A DNA stretch of 43,317 nucleotides from Cyanobacteria bacterium J06626_4 (GTDB lineage Bacteria > Cyanobacteriota > Cyanobacteriia > Phormidesmidales > Phormidesmidaceae), in NCBI GenBank assembly GCA_038523235.1, contig JBCBJQ010000045.1:1-43317 (forward strand). Reading direction: 5' to 3'. Position 1 is the stretch's first letter. Each line of letters opens with the position of its first letter. A program made the position numbers and the translations under genes. The notes beneath the pieces are model-generated. The model saw only the letters and a list, made by a program, of their open reading frames with translations. It searched no databases and was not told the origin of the DNA. Below are positions 8,206 through 18,487 of this stretch, one piece after another.

Positions 8206-10221
8206 TTGTCTAGGAAAAGCAGTTGGCTGGAGATAGCGTTGATCACTCTGCTCAAAAAAGTTCGTGATGTCATTGTCCGCTGGTGGCGGGACTTCACCCT
8301 ACAAACGCGATTGTTGGCAGGGGCTACCCTGGTCGTCTCGATATTGATGAGCGGACTGACCTTTTGGGCGGTCAATTCGATTCAGCAAGATGCTCGCTTG
8401 AACGATACGCGCTTTGGTCGCGATCTGGGTCTGCTGCTCTCGGCCAATGTGTCACCCCTCGTGTACGAAGGCGATCGCGAAGAACTGGCCCGATTTTCCT
8501 ACAGCTTTTATCAAAGCACCTCTAGCGTCCGGTATATGCTCTACGCCGATGAAGATGGGGCCATTTATTTTGGCATTCCCTACTCGGATGACTCGGTGCA
8601 AAATTCGCTGACGATTCGTCGCCGGATGCAGTTGCCCGACAACTACGCACGCAACGCCAATTTACCGTTTGTGCGGCAGCACCTCACCCCCGCTGGGCAA
8701 GTGACCGATGTCTTTGTGCCCATCAAATATGACGGTAACTATTTAGGCGTCTTGGCTTTGGGGATCAATCCGAACCCCACCGTCGTTGCCTCCTCAAATC
8801 TCACCCGCGACGTGGCTGTCGCTGTATTTGTCTCAATTTGGGCCATGGTGATTTTGGGGGCCGTGTTCAATGCCCTCACCATCACCCAGCCGATCAAAGA
8901 GCTGCTGACCGGGGTGAAAAATATTGCTGCGGGCAACTTTCAGCAGCGCATCGACTTGCCGCTCGGCGGTGAACTAGGCGAGTTGATCTACAGCTTCAAT
9001 GACATGGCTGAGCGCCTAGAGCGCTATGAAGAGCAAAACATTGAGGAACTCACCGCCGAAAAAGCCAAGCTGGAAACTCTGATATCCACCATTGCCGATG
9101 GGGCCATGCTGTTGGATACCGAGATGCATGTGGTGTTGGTTAACCCCGCTGCCCGCCGAATTTTTGGCTGGGAAAGCCGCGATCTGTCGGGTAACACCGT
9201 ACTGCAGCATTTTCCCAACGCGGTGCGGGTACAGCTGACCCGCCCCCTCTTTATGGCAACTTCGGGCGAATCGGAAGGGATGGAGTTTCGCATCATCCTC
9301 ACAGAACCCACCCGTCGCACCATTCGCGTCATGCTGAATACCGTGTTCGATCAATCGCGCGAAAATGCCAAAGGTATTGCGATTACCGTGCAAGACGTAA
9401 CCCGCGAAGTGGCCCTCAACGAAGCCAAAAGCCAGTTCATTAGCAATGTTTCTCACGAGCTGCGGACGCCGCTCTTTAACATCAAATCGTTTATTGAGAC
9501 GCTGCATGAATACGGTGATGAGCTGAGTCAGGAAGAGCGTCAGGAATTTCTTGAAACGACGAACCACGAAACCGATCGCCTAACTCGTCTAGTGAACGAT
9601 GTGCTCGATCTGTCGCGGTTGGAATCGAATCGCCGCTATCAATTTGCTGAAGTGGAGCTAATGCAACCGATTGAGCAAACGCTGCGCACCTATCAGCTCA
9701 ACGCCCGCGATAAAAAAGTCACGCTGCATCACGATGTGGAACCTCACTTACCGCCAGCGCGTGGCAACTATGATCTGCTTTTGCAGGTGTTTGGCAACTT
9801 AGTGGGCAATTCTCTGAAGTTCACTGAGGCGGGGGGCAAAGTGATGATTCGAGCCTATCGTTTGCCCCATCCCGATCATCCGGATAACTTAGATGAATTC
9901 ATTCGGGTCGAAATCGCCGATACGGGGATTGGCATTGCGTCGGAGGATCAGGCGGCGATTTTCGATCGCTTTTTCCGAGTCGAAAATCGCGTTCACACGT
10001 TGGAAGGCACCGGTCTCGGCCTGTCGATTGTTAAGAATATCGTTGAAAAGCACAGCAGCCGGGTGCATCTGGTGAGCGAGGTGAACGTGGGCACCACCTT
10101 CTGGTTTGACCTCCCCGTCTTCCAACCCGAAGAACCAAACGCCGGTAGGCTGACGCCGGATGAGCGCGAGTCAGAAACGACGGCTCAGCTGATGTCGGCT
10201 GGCAGTAACGCCGATAATTAA
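8206..10221 (+). CDS. nblS: Sensor histidine kinase NblS/Hik33 (DspA)
   Basis: WWRDFTLQTRLLA N-terminus, two TM segments, HAMP, PAS, HisKA (SNVSHELRTPLFNIK), HATPase (FFRVENRVHTLEGTGLGL); true start may be the TTG at 8239. Confidence 0.95.
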   Translation: MSRKSSWLEIALITLLKKVRDVIVRWWRDFTLQTRLLAGATLVVSILMSGLTFWAVNSIQQDARLNDTRFGRDLGLLLSANVSPLVYEGDREELARFSYSFYQSTSSVRYMLYADEDGAIYFGIPYSDDSVQNSLTIRRRMQLPDNYARNANLPFVRQHLTPAGQVTDVFVPIKYDGNYLGVLALGINPNPTVVASSNLTRDVAVAVFVSIWAMVILGAVFNALTITQPIKELLTGVKNIAAGNFQQRIDLPLGGELGELIYSFNDMAERLERYEEQNIEELTAEKAKLETLISTIADGAMLLDTEMHVVLVNPAARRIFGWESRDLSGNTVLQHFPNAVRVQLTRPLFMATSGESEGMEFRIILTEPTRRTIRVMLNTVFDQSRENAKGIAITVQDVTREVALNEAKSQFISNVSHELRTPLFNIKSFIETLHEYGDELSQEERQEFLETTNHETDRLTRLVNDVLDLSRLESNRRYQFAEVELMQPIEQTLRTYQLNARDKKVTLHHDVEPHLPPARGNYDLLLQVFGNLVGNSLKFTEAGGKVMIRAYRLPHPDHPDNLDEFIRVEIADTGIGIASEDQAAIFDRFFRVENRVHTLEGTGLGLSIVKNIVEKHSSRVHLVSEVNVGTTFWFDLPVFQPEEPNAGRLTPDERESETTAQLMSAGSNADN

Positions 10222-10278
10222 CGGCCTTGGCACCATGTTGAAAGTGGGCTCTTCGGATCGGGCGATCGCCCAGGGACA

Positions 10279-10485
10279 TTAATCGTCCGGCAAGATCCAT
10301 TTCGGTGGTTGCGAGGCGCGCTCCATCATTTTTTTGCGAACGGCTTCCTCGGCCATCGACAGCATTTGATCGAGGGAGGTTTCTTCAATAAATTTTGCGG
10401 CGTTTTCTTTGTATTCCAGGTTGGGGCATTTGTCCCCTAAGATGCAGCCGTTTTTACAGGCTTCAGCACAGTTAACCGTTTCCAT
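10279..10485 (-). CDS. Small Cys-rich hypothetical protein (68 aa)
   Basis: ATG start with upstream GGGAAGAG; C-x3-C-x3-C-x5-C motif followed by a helical tail. Confidence 0.75.
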   Translation of the reverse strand: METVNCAEACKNGCILGDKCPNLEYKENAAKFIEETSLDQMLSMAEEAVRKKMMERASQPPKWILPDD

Positions 10486-10731
10486 TGTTCTCTTCCCAAC
10501 TGCTTTGCCAACAGGGCAAAATACCGCGTTGCTTCGTTACGAAAGGTATTATTTTATCCCCCTACCGATTCTAAGGGATTGTCACAGCACTGTCTGCACC
10601 GGTTGCGTCGGGCGGAATTGGTGCTCCCCATCGGGCGGCGGCGATCGCCCCAGCCGTCATGCTGCAGCGGGAGGGGTCCAGCGTGTAAGATATATTAAAC
10701 AGGATTATCGATCGCGGTTGAGAGTTTGGGT

Positions 10732-11406
10732 ATGACGGCAAACGTAGAGCTAGAGCAGTCCCCCGTAACCTATCAGGGTCAATTCGGTGCTTTCACCATT
10801 GAAGAGACGGATCGCCAAGATGTGATTTGGTATCGCGCGGGCCTGGCGATCGCGGCCCTGAGCTTTGGTCTTGGGACGCTTGGTATTTTGCGGTACGGCG
10901 AGGTGGATTGGGTGGTGCAGGGCGTGAGTGTGCTCTACACCGTTTTTTGGCTGGGGCTGGGGCTCAGCCTGCTCAAAATCCACATCTACCTGAGGCCGCT
11001 GCATCGCCTGCTGCAGGCGTTTTGGCTAGTGGGTGGGGTGGCCTCTTTAGCGATCGCCCATTTTTCGCCAGAGCCGTTTGCCCTCACTGTTTACCATCAA
11101 CCGACTACTCTATGGGGCGTCGGCTTCACCTTTGCGGCTCTCACCGGCGTCTTTTTCAAAGAGGGCTTCTGCTTCAACCGGATTGAGACTAAGGTGTTGA
11201 CCCCGATCGTGCCCTTTTTGCTGTTGGGCCATTTGTTTCAGTTTGTGCCCCCCGTTTGGGAAGCGCTTTTATTGGCTTTTTGGGCGATTAATTTTGGTAT
11301 CTTTGCCCTCCGGAAAGTAGTGCAGCCGATTCCCCCTGATATTGGCGACAAGAGCGTGTTCGATTATCTTGAGCAGCAGCGTCAACCCTCTACGTCCAGT
11401 GTTTAG
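10732..11406 (+). CDS. DUF2301-family integral membrane protein
   Basis: YQGQFGAFTI, IHIYL.PLH, FKEGFCF and DIGDKSVF motifs; multiple TM helices. Confidence 0.85.
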   Translation: MTANVELEQSPVTYQGQFGAFTIEETDRQDVIWYRAGLAIAALSFGLGTLGILRYGEVDWVVQGVSVLYTVFWLGLGLSLLKIHIYLRPLHRLLQAFWLVGGVASLAIAHFSPEPFALTVYHQPTTLWGVGFTFAALTGVFFKEGFCFNRIETKVLTPIVPFLLLGHLFQFVPPVWEALLLAFWAINFGIFALRKVVQPIPPDIGDKSVFDYLEQQRQPSTSSV

Positions 11407-11635
11407 AGCTTTGATCAATGAGGCATAGCTCCCTAGCGGATGGTGTTGCCACGATCGTCTCATCAACTCCCGCAACGTTGTTGGTCATGGACTCGCCAGA
11501 GCGGATGCTCATACTGGCGTCGAAGCGCTTTACTGCCTACGCCAGATTGAAGTTTGTCTCAAAGTAACGCTCACTCCGCGCGGTATCGGGCCAAGAGTGG
11601 TACAACAGGGGCTATAGAGACTGCTACTGCGAGTT

Positions 11636-13855
11636 ATGAGTTCTCCTCCCCGACGGCAATCGAAACGGTCTGTTACTCCACCTGCGGTGAACTCGACCCG
11701 AACTAAACAGTCTCCCCAGGCGCGATCGCCGCTTCAGCCAGCCCCGACCAGCCGTGCCGCCAAACGAGTGCCGACTTTAGGGCGACGGTTCTTAGCCTGG
11801 AGCTTAGAAGTCGCCCTTCTGACCGCCAGCGTAGCGCTGCCCTTTTATTTGGGCAGTCAGGCTAACCAAACCTTTGATCGCCCCAAGCGCGATCTCTCAC
11901 CGACACTACAGTGGGTGCAAACCGGAGCAGCCAAGGCGTTGGGGCTGTCGCCGAGATCGCTGCCCACGCAAGTGACGCCGTTGACCAATCTGCTATGGTC
12001 GGCGGCGTTGGGGCTGCCGCTCATCTTGGCCGCTGGCCACATTTATCGGGTCGGGCGCTCGGGGCAGAGTTGGCCCAAGCAGTGGCTGGGGGTGCAAGTG
12101 CTGGCACTAAATGGTCAGATGCCGGGTTGGCCCAGAATGATCATCCGCGAAGGTGTGGGGAAATGGGGCTGTCCGCTGTTGGTGGCCTACGGCGTGTGGC
12201 AGTTTAGTGGGGCTTTTCCTGTCATTGGTATGCTGGCGGGGCTCGGCGCAATCGCCCTCATTGGCGAAAGTTTGACTGGTCTGGGCAATCGCCCCAGACG
12301 GGCCTGGCATGATTGGCTCGCGGGCACCTGTGTGGTGGATGAAGACACGGGCGCCATGATTCATCTGTCGAGTCTGTGGCACGCTGAAGCAAAGGTGCCG
12401 CCAGGGCTGGGAGGCTCCGGCCGCTGGGCTCCGGCCGTGGGGCCAACCTCAGTGGTGATCAATCCTCGCCCGCCGGGCTGGCCAGACTCAGAACTCACCC
12501 TGTCGAAGGTGGGGCTGGGCTTAGGCTTGCTGCTGACCATCGGGGGCTTGACCGGGGGCGTGAGCTACTTTTTGCTCGGGCGACCTTCGACCGCTGCGGC
12601 CACCCCCGATGAAAATTTATACGTCAACTTGATCTCCATCCTGACCAATCCCGAGTTAGACCCGGCGGCCCGCCGGGCCGCCGTGCTGGCGCTGGGGAAT
12701 CTGCCCGATGATCGCGTAACGCCCCTCTTGGTTGATCTGATTGCTCAAACCGATGATTTGCTGTGGCTCGATGCGCTGCAGCAAGCGTTAGTCGCGCGGG
12801 GGGCGGCGGCGTTTCCTCATCTGCGGCGGCTTAACCAGGGGCTTGCCGCTGACTTAAGGATGCAGGGCGAACCCACGCGGCATTACACCACCCTGATACG
12901 GCTACAGACCACCAATCGCATTCTTACGAAATTGGTAATGCTAGAGGAGGGCGATCGCTCCCGTCCCCTCAACCTGACTCGCATGCATCTCGGGTTTATT
13001 CACGGGGGCGATGGCGAATTTCGGCTAGTGCTCAAAAATCAAGACCTGGCGGGCATTCAATGGCAAGGGTCGGTCTTAACCCAGGCGCAGCTCCAAGGGG
13101 CAAGATTCTACAGCCTCGGCGCTGATAATCATCCCAACACCTACGATGATCGCGTCACTAATTTCAGCGGGGCCGACCTCAGCGACGCCAATCTTGCCGG
13201 TGCCGATCTGACGTTGAGTCAACTGGTGAATGCTGGCCTGCTCCGCACCAATTTCAATCGTGCCGATCTCACCTGGGCCAATTTGAGCGGGGCCAATTTA
13301 GAACATGCCAGCCTGATTCAAACCGTGTTGGATCAGGCCACGCTGGCCAATGCTCGCCTGTCAAAGGCGGATCTGACTGCCGCTCAGCTCTCCGGTGCCA
13401 ACCTGGCCGGTGCCCGCTTAGCCGCGGTCAATGCTGCCGGCAGTACCCTGATTGCCGCCAATCTACAAGGTATCTCGGCTCCCGCCGCGATCCTGACCGA
13501 TGCCGATCTGAGTGGTGCTAACCTCCGTAGTGCCGACTTGACCGGGGTGACACTGCAGGGCGCTAATCTAAGCGGCGCTGATCTGGCGGGGGCAAACCTG
13601 CGTGATGCTGACCTGCGGGATCTGCGGCTGCAAGGGGCGAATCTGAACCAGGTCGATTTTGCCGGTGCTTTGTTCACGAATCCGACTGGGGGCGCGGACG
13701 ATGATTTTGTGGCAGCGATTCCTGACCTCAGCATGGGCGACCAATATCAAGGCGTCGACTTTAGCGGCGGTCAGAACTTAGATGCCACCCAGCTCAGCTT
13801 TATCTGTACTCAAGGTGGTTTGCATTCTGCCTGTGGTGTTTCAACGCAGGAATAA
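11636..13855 (+). CDS. RDD + HEAT-like + pentapeptide-repeat membrane protein (HglK-like architecture)
   Basis: RDD motifs (LGRRFLAW..E; RRAWHDWLAGTCVV), TM helices, HEAT-like RRAAVLALGNL, long A(D/N)LxG pentapeptide array. Confidence 0.85.
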   Translation: MSSPPRRQSKRSVTPPAVNSTRTKQSPQARSPLQPAPTSRAAKRVPTLGRRFLAWSLEVALLTASVALPFYLGSQANQTFDRPKRDLSPTLQWVQTGAAKALGLSPRSLPTQVTPLTNLLWSAALGLPLILAAGHIYRVGRSGQSWPKQWLGVQVLALNGQMPGWPRMIIREGVGKWGCPLLVAYGVWQFSGAFPVIGMLAGLGAIALIGESLTGLGNRPRRAWHDWLAGTCVVDEDTGAMIHLSSLWHAEAKVPPGLGGSGRWAPAVGPTSVVINPRPPGWPDSELTLSKVGLGLGLLLTIGGLTGGVSYFLLGRPSTAAATPDENLYVNLISILTNPELDPAARRAAVLALGNLPDDRVTPLLVDLIAQTDDLLWLDALQQALVARGAAAFPHLRRLNQGLAADLRMQGEPTRHYTTLIRLQTTNRILTKLVMLEEGDRSRPLNLTRMHLGFIHGGDGEFRLVLKNQDLAGIQWQGSVLTQAQLQGARFYSLGADNHPNTYDDRVTNFSGADLSDANLAGADLTLSQLVNAGLLRTNFNRADLTWANLSGANLEHASLIQTVLDQATLANARLSKADLTAAQLSGANLAGARLAAVNAAGSTLIAANLQGISAPAAILTDADLSGANLRSADLTGVTLQGANLSGADLAGANLRDADLRDLRLQGANLNQVDFAGALFTNPTGGADDDFVAAIPDLSMGDQYQGVDFSGGQNLDATQLSFICTQGGLHSACGVSTQE

Positions 13856-13860
13856 CCGCC

Positions 13861-14202
13861 ATGCAGCGCACTCGTCTATCTACTCTGATTGAGTCGATCT
13901 CTAACCAATTTGGCCGCTGGCTATACAACCCTTGGCGGCGGTTGTCTTTGGTGATTATTGGTCTGCTATTTGGCAATTTTTTTGGTATCGCGATTTCGTC
14001 GATCGCCGGACAGGCGGCCCAACTCGATGTGATAGTGTCAGCCGTTTTGCTTGCGGCGACCGAATTGGTCAACTGGCTGGTCTATCGCCGTCCTCCACCC
14101 GAACTGCCCCGCCGTCGAACCTTGTTTTTAGAAGTGTTGAACGCTCTCAAGATCGGCCTCATTTATAGTCTCTTTGTCGAGGCGTTTAAGCTGGGCAGTT
14201 AG
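13861..14202 (+). CDS. DUF565/Ycf20-family membrane protein
   Basis: MQRTRL, NPWRRLSL, and C-terminal LKIGLIYSLFVEAFKLGS. Confidence 0.88.
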   Translation: MQRTRLSTLIESISNQFGRWLYNPWRRLSLVIIGLLFGNFFGIAISSIAGQAAQLDVIVSAVLLAATELVNWLVYRRPPPELPRRRTLFLEVLNALKIGLIYSLFVEAFKLGS

Positions 14203-14276
14203 GGCGTTTTTCAGAAATAGTGTCCCAGATCGCGGCGGTTTGGCACTGCCCAACCCTTCCAGAGAGCGCCGAGCGC

Positions 14277-14939
14277 TTAATGGGCTTGAGGCCGAGAGGC
14301 AGTGCCGGTCAGGCTGGCGAGAAACTGTCGCGATCGCGTCTCGATAGCGGACCAATCTTCACGCCGCAGCAGTGCTTGGGGAAACAAGCTGCTAGCAACT
14401 CCGATCGCGATCGCCCCCTGTTCTAAATAGATCCGGCCATCTGTCAGTGTGATTCCTCCAGTGGGAATGAGGGGAATATGGGCCAATGGGCCTTGTAGAT
14501 GACGAATGTAAGCCGGTCCCCCCAACGCCTGGCAAGGAAACACCTTGACCCCCATGCCCCCCAGTTGCCAGGCGGTCATAATTTCAGTCGGGGTCAGGGC
14601 ACCCGGCACCATGGGAATGCCGTGGTGCTGGCCCAACTGCATTAGCGCCGTCTCCGTATGAGGCATAAAGCTAAACTGAATTCCTGCCGCGATCGCATCC
14701 TGCAGATCCGGTCTCGATAGCAGGGTGCCGCCCCCCACCAGACAATCCCCCGGCAAGGTGGTGCGGAGCTGACTGACCAAGTCGCCAGGGCGATCGCTGG
14801 TCCACGTCACTTCGAGGAGACGAAAGCCGCCCTTCACAGCTGCTTGAGCCATCTGAACGCCAGTTGCTACGCTGGTAGCCCGCAGAATGGCGATCGCGCG
14901 GTGCTTTCTCAACGCTGCCAACCAAGTCGCTCTGTCCAT
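14277..14939 (-). CDS. eda: KDPG/KHG aldolase
   Basis: AIAILR, LLEVT, VGGGT, PGALTPTEI, VKVFP, PTGGI motifs; ATG at 14939 preferred. Confidence 0.9.
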   Translation of the reverse strand: MDRATWLAALRKHRAIAILRATSVATGVQMAQAAVKGGFRLLEVTWTSDRPGDLVSQLRTTLPGDCLVGGGTLLSRPDLQDAIAAGIQFSFMPHTETALMQLGQHHGIPMVPGALTPTEIMTAWQLGGMGVKVFPCQALGGPAYIRHLQGPLAHIPLIPTGGITLTDGRIYLEQGAIAIGVASSLFPQALLRREDWSAIETRSRQFLASLTGTASRPQAH

Positions 14940-15198
14940 CACTGCTACCCAGCCCAAAATCTCCACCATAGCTTGTGAGCAAACTGGACTAAACAGAGGC
15001 AATGCGTCGATAGACTACCGGAGTCAGAGGAGTTCCGTTAAGATTCAGAAGTAGTTAGGTTAACGATGATACCGCTAGTGGGTAACACTCGCTGGTCAAG
15101 CCCTCACCCCTCGGGTTTGAGCGGTTTTCCTCGCCGTTGACACCTCGCTATAGAACGCCTCACGCGCTACAGCCACTCGCTGTTCAGACATTGATGCT

Positions 15199-15885
15199 AT
15201 GACGCTGCCCAACGCTTCAGAACGAGCCCTCGAACAGGCCAAGTTGCTACTTGCAGAGTACAGCTTTGACCTGAGTGGTTTTCGTGTCGGTGAGCTGATG
15301 GCCATCTGGCAAGAACATCTTAAAATCGAGCCCAGCTGGATTCGGGCTGCGGTGCTCGAAGCGCTTTATCAGGGCCGATACAAAGCATTTTCAGTCGAGC
15401 AAATTTTGCAAGGTTGGAAGCGACGCGGTCATCCCGTGCGACATTTCAACAGTGAATTTGAGCGGATTGTGTTTGGGCCGATTGATCCGCTCATTAGCAA
15501 GTATGCGCCGCTGACGGGCCGCCGCCCGTCTGAATTGATGGCCCCTCAATCACCTACTCGTCAGCCCACTCTGCCCCCCACGACCAGCAGCGAACCCTTG
15601 ACCAGCAGTGAACCGGTGGCATCGCCGCCGGAACCCCCGATCGCGCCTTCACCTGACGTCGCCGACTCGGTGGAGCCATCGGAGCCAGACGCGGCAGCGG
15701 TGCCTAATCCCCCCACGACGCCCAGTGCATCCCGCTTAGTTGCCGCCCCGACCCCGGCATCGGCGACTGAACTGCCTCAACCGGTCTCACGCTTTCACCA
15801 CCCGGCACCGATTCAAAAATTTACCCCTCAGTTAGAAGCCTCAGAGTTTTACCATCGCCTACAGTCTGTTGCCCGAGATTTTTAG
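15199..15885 (+). CDS. ftn6: Ftn6-like cyanobacterial cell-division protein (N-terminal DnaD-like domain, Pro-rich tail)
   Basis: YSFDLSG...WIRAAVLEALYQGRYKAFSVEQIL..W.RRG matches my recollection of the conserved Ftn6 N-terminal domain; low-complexity C-terminus. Confidence 0.7.
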   Translation: MTLPNASERALEQAKLLLAEYSFDLSGFRVGELMAIWQEHLKIEPSWIRAAVLEALYQGRYKAFSVEQILQGWKRRGHPVRHFNSEFERIVFGPIDPLISKYAPLTGRRPSELMAPQSPTRQPTLPPTTSSEPLTSSEPVASPPEPPIAPSPDVADSVEPSEPDAAAVPNPPTTPSASRLVAAPTPASATELPQPVSRFHHPAPIQKFTPQLEASEFYHRLQSVARDF

Positions 15886-16176
15886 GCTAATGGTCTACCT
15901 TCGGCGTACGCAGTTGCTTGAGCAGGCTATTGATCCGGAACTGACAGTGAGGAGCGATTAGTCGCTGCCTGCCTGCGGCATTCCGAATTTTCTATGTCTC
16001 CAATTTGGTGGGCGATCGCTACATTTTCCTCCCGCTATCTAGCAACGCTTGAGACCATCTGCCTGCGTGGGGCGATGGTTGGTCACCTCGCTCCTGGGCA
16101 AACCGCCGCCCAATCCCCGTCAAAACCGATACAGTAAAGAAAACGTAACGTTTTCGAAAAAGGCAGAGGCAACGAT

Positions 16177-17358
16177 ATGCGCGTAATTCTCATGACCGGC
16201 AAAGGCGGAGTCGGCAAGACTTCTGTTGCCGCAGCAACCGGTTTACGTTGCGCTGAGATGGGTCATAAAACTTTGGTGCTCAGCACCGACCCGGCTCACT
16301 CCTTAGCCGACAGCTTTGATATGGAACTCGGACATGACCCTCGTCCGGTGCGACCCAACCTGTGGGGGGCTGAACTCGATGCGCTGCGAGAGTTAGAAGG
16401 TAACTGGGGCGCGGTAAAACGCTACATCACAGATGTGCTGCAGGCTCGTGGCTTAGACGGCGTGGCCGCTGAAGAACTGGCGATTTTGCCGGGGATGGAC
16501 GAGATTTTTAGCCTGGTGCGCATGAAGCGGCACTACGACGAGCGCGAATACGACGTGTTGATTATTGACTCGGCACCCACTGGTACTGCCCTGCGCCTGC
16601 TGAGCCTACCCGAAGTCGCCGGTTGGTATATGCGCCGCTTTTATAAACCTTTTGAAGCTGTATCGGCGGCGCTGCGCCCCCTGGTAGAACCACTTTTTCG
16701 CCCAGTGGCGGGGTTCTCATTGCCCACCAAAGAGGTGATGGATGCCCCCTATGAGTTTTATGAGCAGCTGATCGAGCTGGAAAAAGTATTGACTGACCCG
16801 ACGACGACCTCAGTGCGGCTGGTGACCAATCCCGAAAAAATGGTCATCAAAGAATCGCTGCGCGCCCACGCCTATCTAAGCCTTTACAACGTGGGTACGG
16901 ATTTAGTGGTGGCCAATCGCATCATTCCCGACTCGGTCGAAGATCCTTTTTTCCAACGGTGGAAGGATCAGCAGCAGCAATATCGCCAAGAGATTCACGA
17001 AGATTTCCACCCGCTGCCGGTGCGCGAGATTCCGCTTTATTCGGAAGAAATGTGTGGCATTGCCGCCTTGGAACGGCTGAAAGACACCCTATATGGTGAT
17101 GAGGATCCGGCCCAGGTCTACTACGAAGAGAACACGCTACGCGTGGTGCAAGATGGCCGCGACTATAGCCTAGAAGTCTATTTGCCGGGGATTCCGAAGG
17201 ATCAGGTGGAACTGAGTAAGTCGGCGGATGAACTGAATATTCGCATTGGTAACCATCGCCGCAATTTGGTGTTGCCGCAAGCGCTGGCGGCGCTGAATCC
17301 GGCGGGTGCCAAGATGGAAGATGACTACTTGAAAATTCGCTTTGCCGACGTTTCTTAA
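16177..17358 (+). CDS. ArsA/GET3/TRC40-family ATPase with C-terminal alpha-crystallin-like domain
   Basis: GKGGVGKT P-loop, [17 protein letters not shown]20-like C-terminus (YSLEVYLPG...[12 protein letters not shown]). Confidence 0.92.
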   Translation: MRVILMTGKGGVGKTSVAAATGLRCAEMGHKTLVLSTDPAHSLADSFDMELGHDPRPVRPNLWGAELDALRELEGNWGAVKRYITDVLQARGLDGVAAEELAILPGMDEIFSLVRMKRHYDEREYDVLIIDSAPTGTALRLLSLPEVAGWYMRRFYKPFEAVSAALRPLVEPLFRPVAGFSLPTKEVMDAPYEFYEQLIELEKVLTDPTTTSVRLVTNPEKMVIKESLRAHAYLSLYNVGTDLVVANRIIPDSVEDPFFQRWKDQQQQYRQEIHEDFHPLPVREIPLYSEEMCGIAALERLKDTLYGDEDPAQVYYEENTLRVVQDGRDYSLEVYLPGIPKDQVELSKSADELNIRIGNHRRNLVLPQALAALNPAGAKMEDDYLKIRFADVS

Positions 17359-17378
17359 ATCGCGATCGCGGTGGTTGA

Positions 17379-17418
17379 GATCGCGAACCGAGTATGCCAT
17401 TTGTTCGAGTTCGCGATC
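17379..17418 (+). terminator. Hairpin after the ATPase stop codon
   Basis: GATCGCGAAC ... GTTCGCGATC perfect 10-bp inverted repeat 20 bp after the stop; no U tract. Confidence 0.4.
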
Positions 17419-17566
17419 ACCCAATCGTGCTTGACCGCGCTGAGGCGATCGTCGAGCCAGAACATGCCGGTATGGTCAGGGCGGATTTAACGAGCAACCT
17501 CGATTTCCTTTCCACCCAGCATCGACAAGCCCCGCCACTGCGGGGGGCGTTGATGCTAGAAACCGT

Positions 17567-17929
17567 TTAAGAAACGCTCAACAACAGGCTAATGCCAAAG
17601 ATAGCCAGCAGAATCAGCCAGACCCGATAGCGCTGCCAAATAATTTGCGGGGTGAGGGCAACGCTGGGCGATCTCGAGGGGATGGCTTGGGCTCTCGCTA
17701 ACTCAGCCGTTGTTGATTGATAGAGCGTGCAGGTTTTGGCATGGGGCCGCTGCGGAAACGTGCAAGAATCATCGGCATGATAGGCACAGGTGAGGCATAG
17801 CACTTCGCCAGTCGTCGTTTGATGCAGCTCAATGCTGGGATGACCGTGTGCTTTGAGCTGCAGTCCACAATGACTACAGACTAGATCCGTCGGTTTAACC
17901 TGATTTTCACAACGGGGACAAAGCGGCAT
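17567..17929 (-). CDS. Zinc-ribbon protein with C-terminal membrane anchor
   Basis: CPRC...CSHC, a second Cys cluster CLTC...C...C, and a hydrophobic C-terminus. Confidence 0.8.
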   Translation of the reverse strand: MPLCPRCENQVKPTDLVCSHCGLQLKAHGHPSIELHQTTTGEVLCLTCAYHADDSCTFPQRPHAKTCTLYQSTTAELARAQAIPSRSPSVALTPQIIWQRYRVWLILLAIFGISLLLSVS

Positions 17930-17958
17930 AATCTTTCATTCCGAAACCCGTTTGTATC

Positions 17959-18300
17959 CTAGCGCGAGGGCTCATTGGTCACGGGAAAGCGCCGCACCTG
18001 AAATTCCTGAGATGTTTCAAAGGTGTATTCAAACCCGAGCGCATTGTCGAATCGCGTGTTGATCTCAGCCAGGTCTGCTTCCGGAATCGAAAACCATTCT
18101 TCGCGGGTGCGCCAGCGAATGACAAAAATCACTACCTCTGGATCATCCGGTGAAATCCAGGTTTCTTTGGAGATAAAACCGGGATATTGCTGCAGTGCCA
18201 CAGTCCAAATTTCGTCATCAAGTTGAATGTAGCGCTCTCGCTGGTCAGCCGGCATGCGAAATTTCAGCCATTCAATTACCATTTCGTTCGTCACACTCAC
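17959..18300 (-). CDS. TIGR03792-family (ABM-like dimeric barrel) cyanobacterial protein
   Basis: MVIEWLKF...YPGFISKETW...IRWRTREEW pattern; start uncertain (GTG 18300 or ATG 18282). Confidence 0.8.
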   Translation of the reverse strand: MSVTNEMVIEWLKFRMPADQRERYIQLDDEIWTVALQQYPGFISKETWISPDDPEVVIFVIRWRTREEWFSIPEADLAEINTRFDNALGFEYTFETSQEFQVRRFPVTNEPSR

Positions 18301-18487
18301 AATTCAAAGGCGGGGTTTCCCCTGGGGGGCTGAACTTGGCGAACCGGCAGCCAGCGGCGCGTTGCCCTGAGTTGCTGGTCAGCCGGGTCAGCGTCGGGGT
18401 TCGGTTGTTTAGACAGGTGCTTTGACCAATCTTTGTCACAATGTAACGGTAATTTGGGTGCACAAGCACCGGTCTCTGGGAGGCAAT

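Noticed and set aside
13150..13680. Periodic 15-bp repeats resembling an array
   Set aside because: These are coding pentapeptide repeats, with no repeat-spacer structure; not CRISPR
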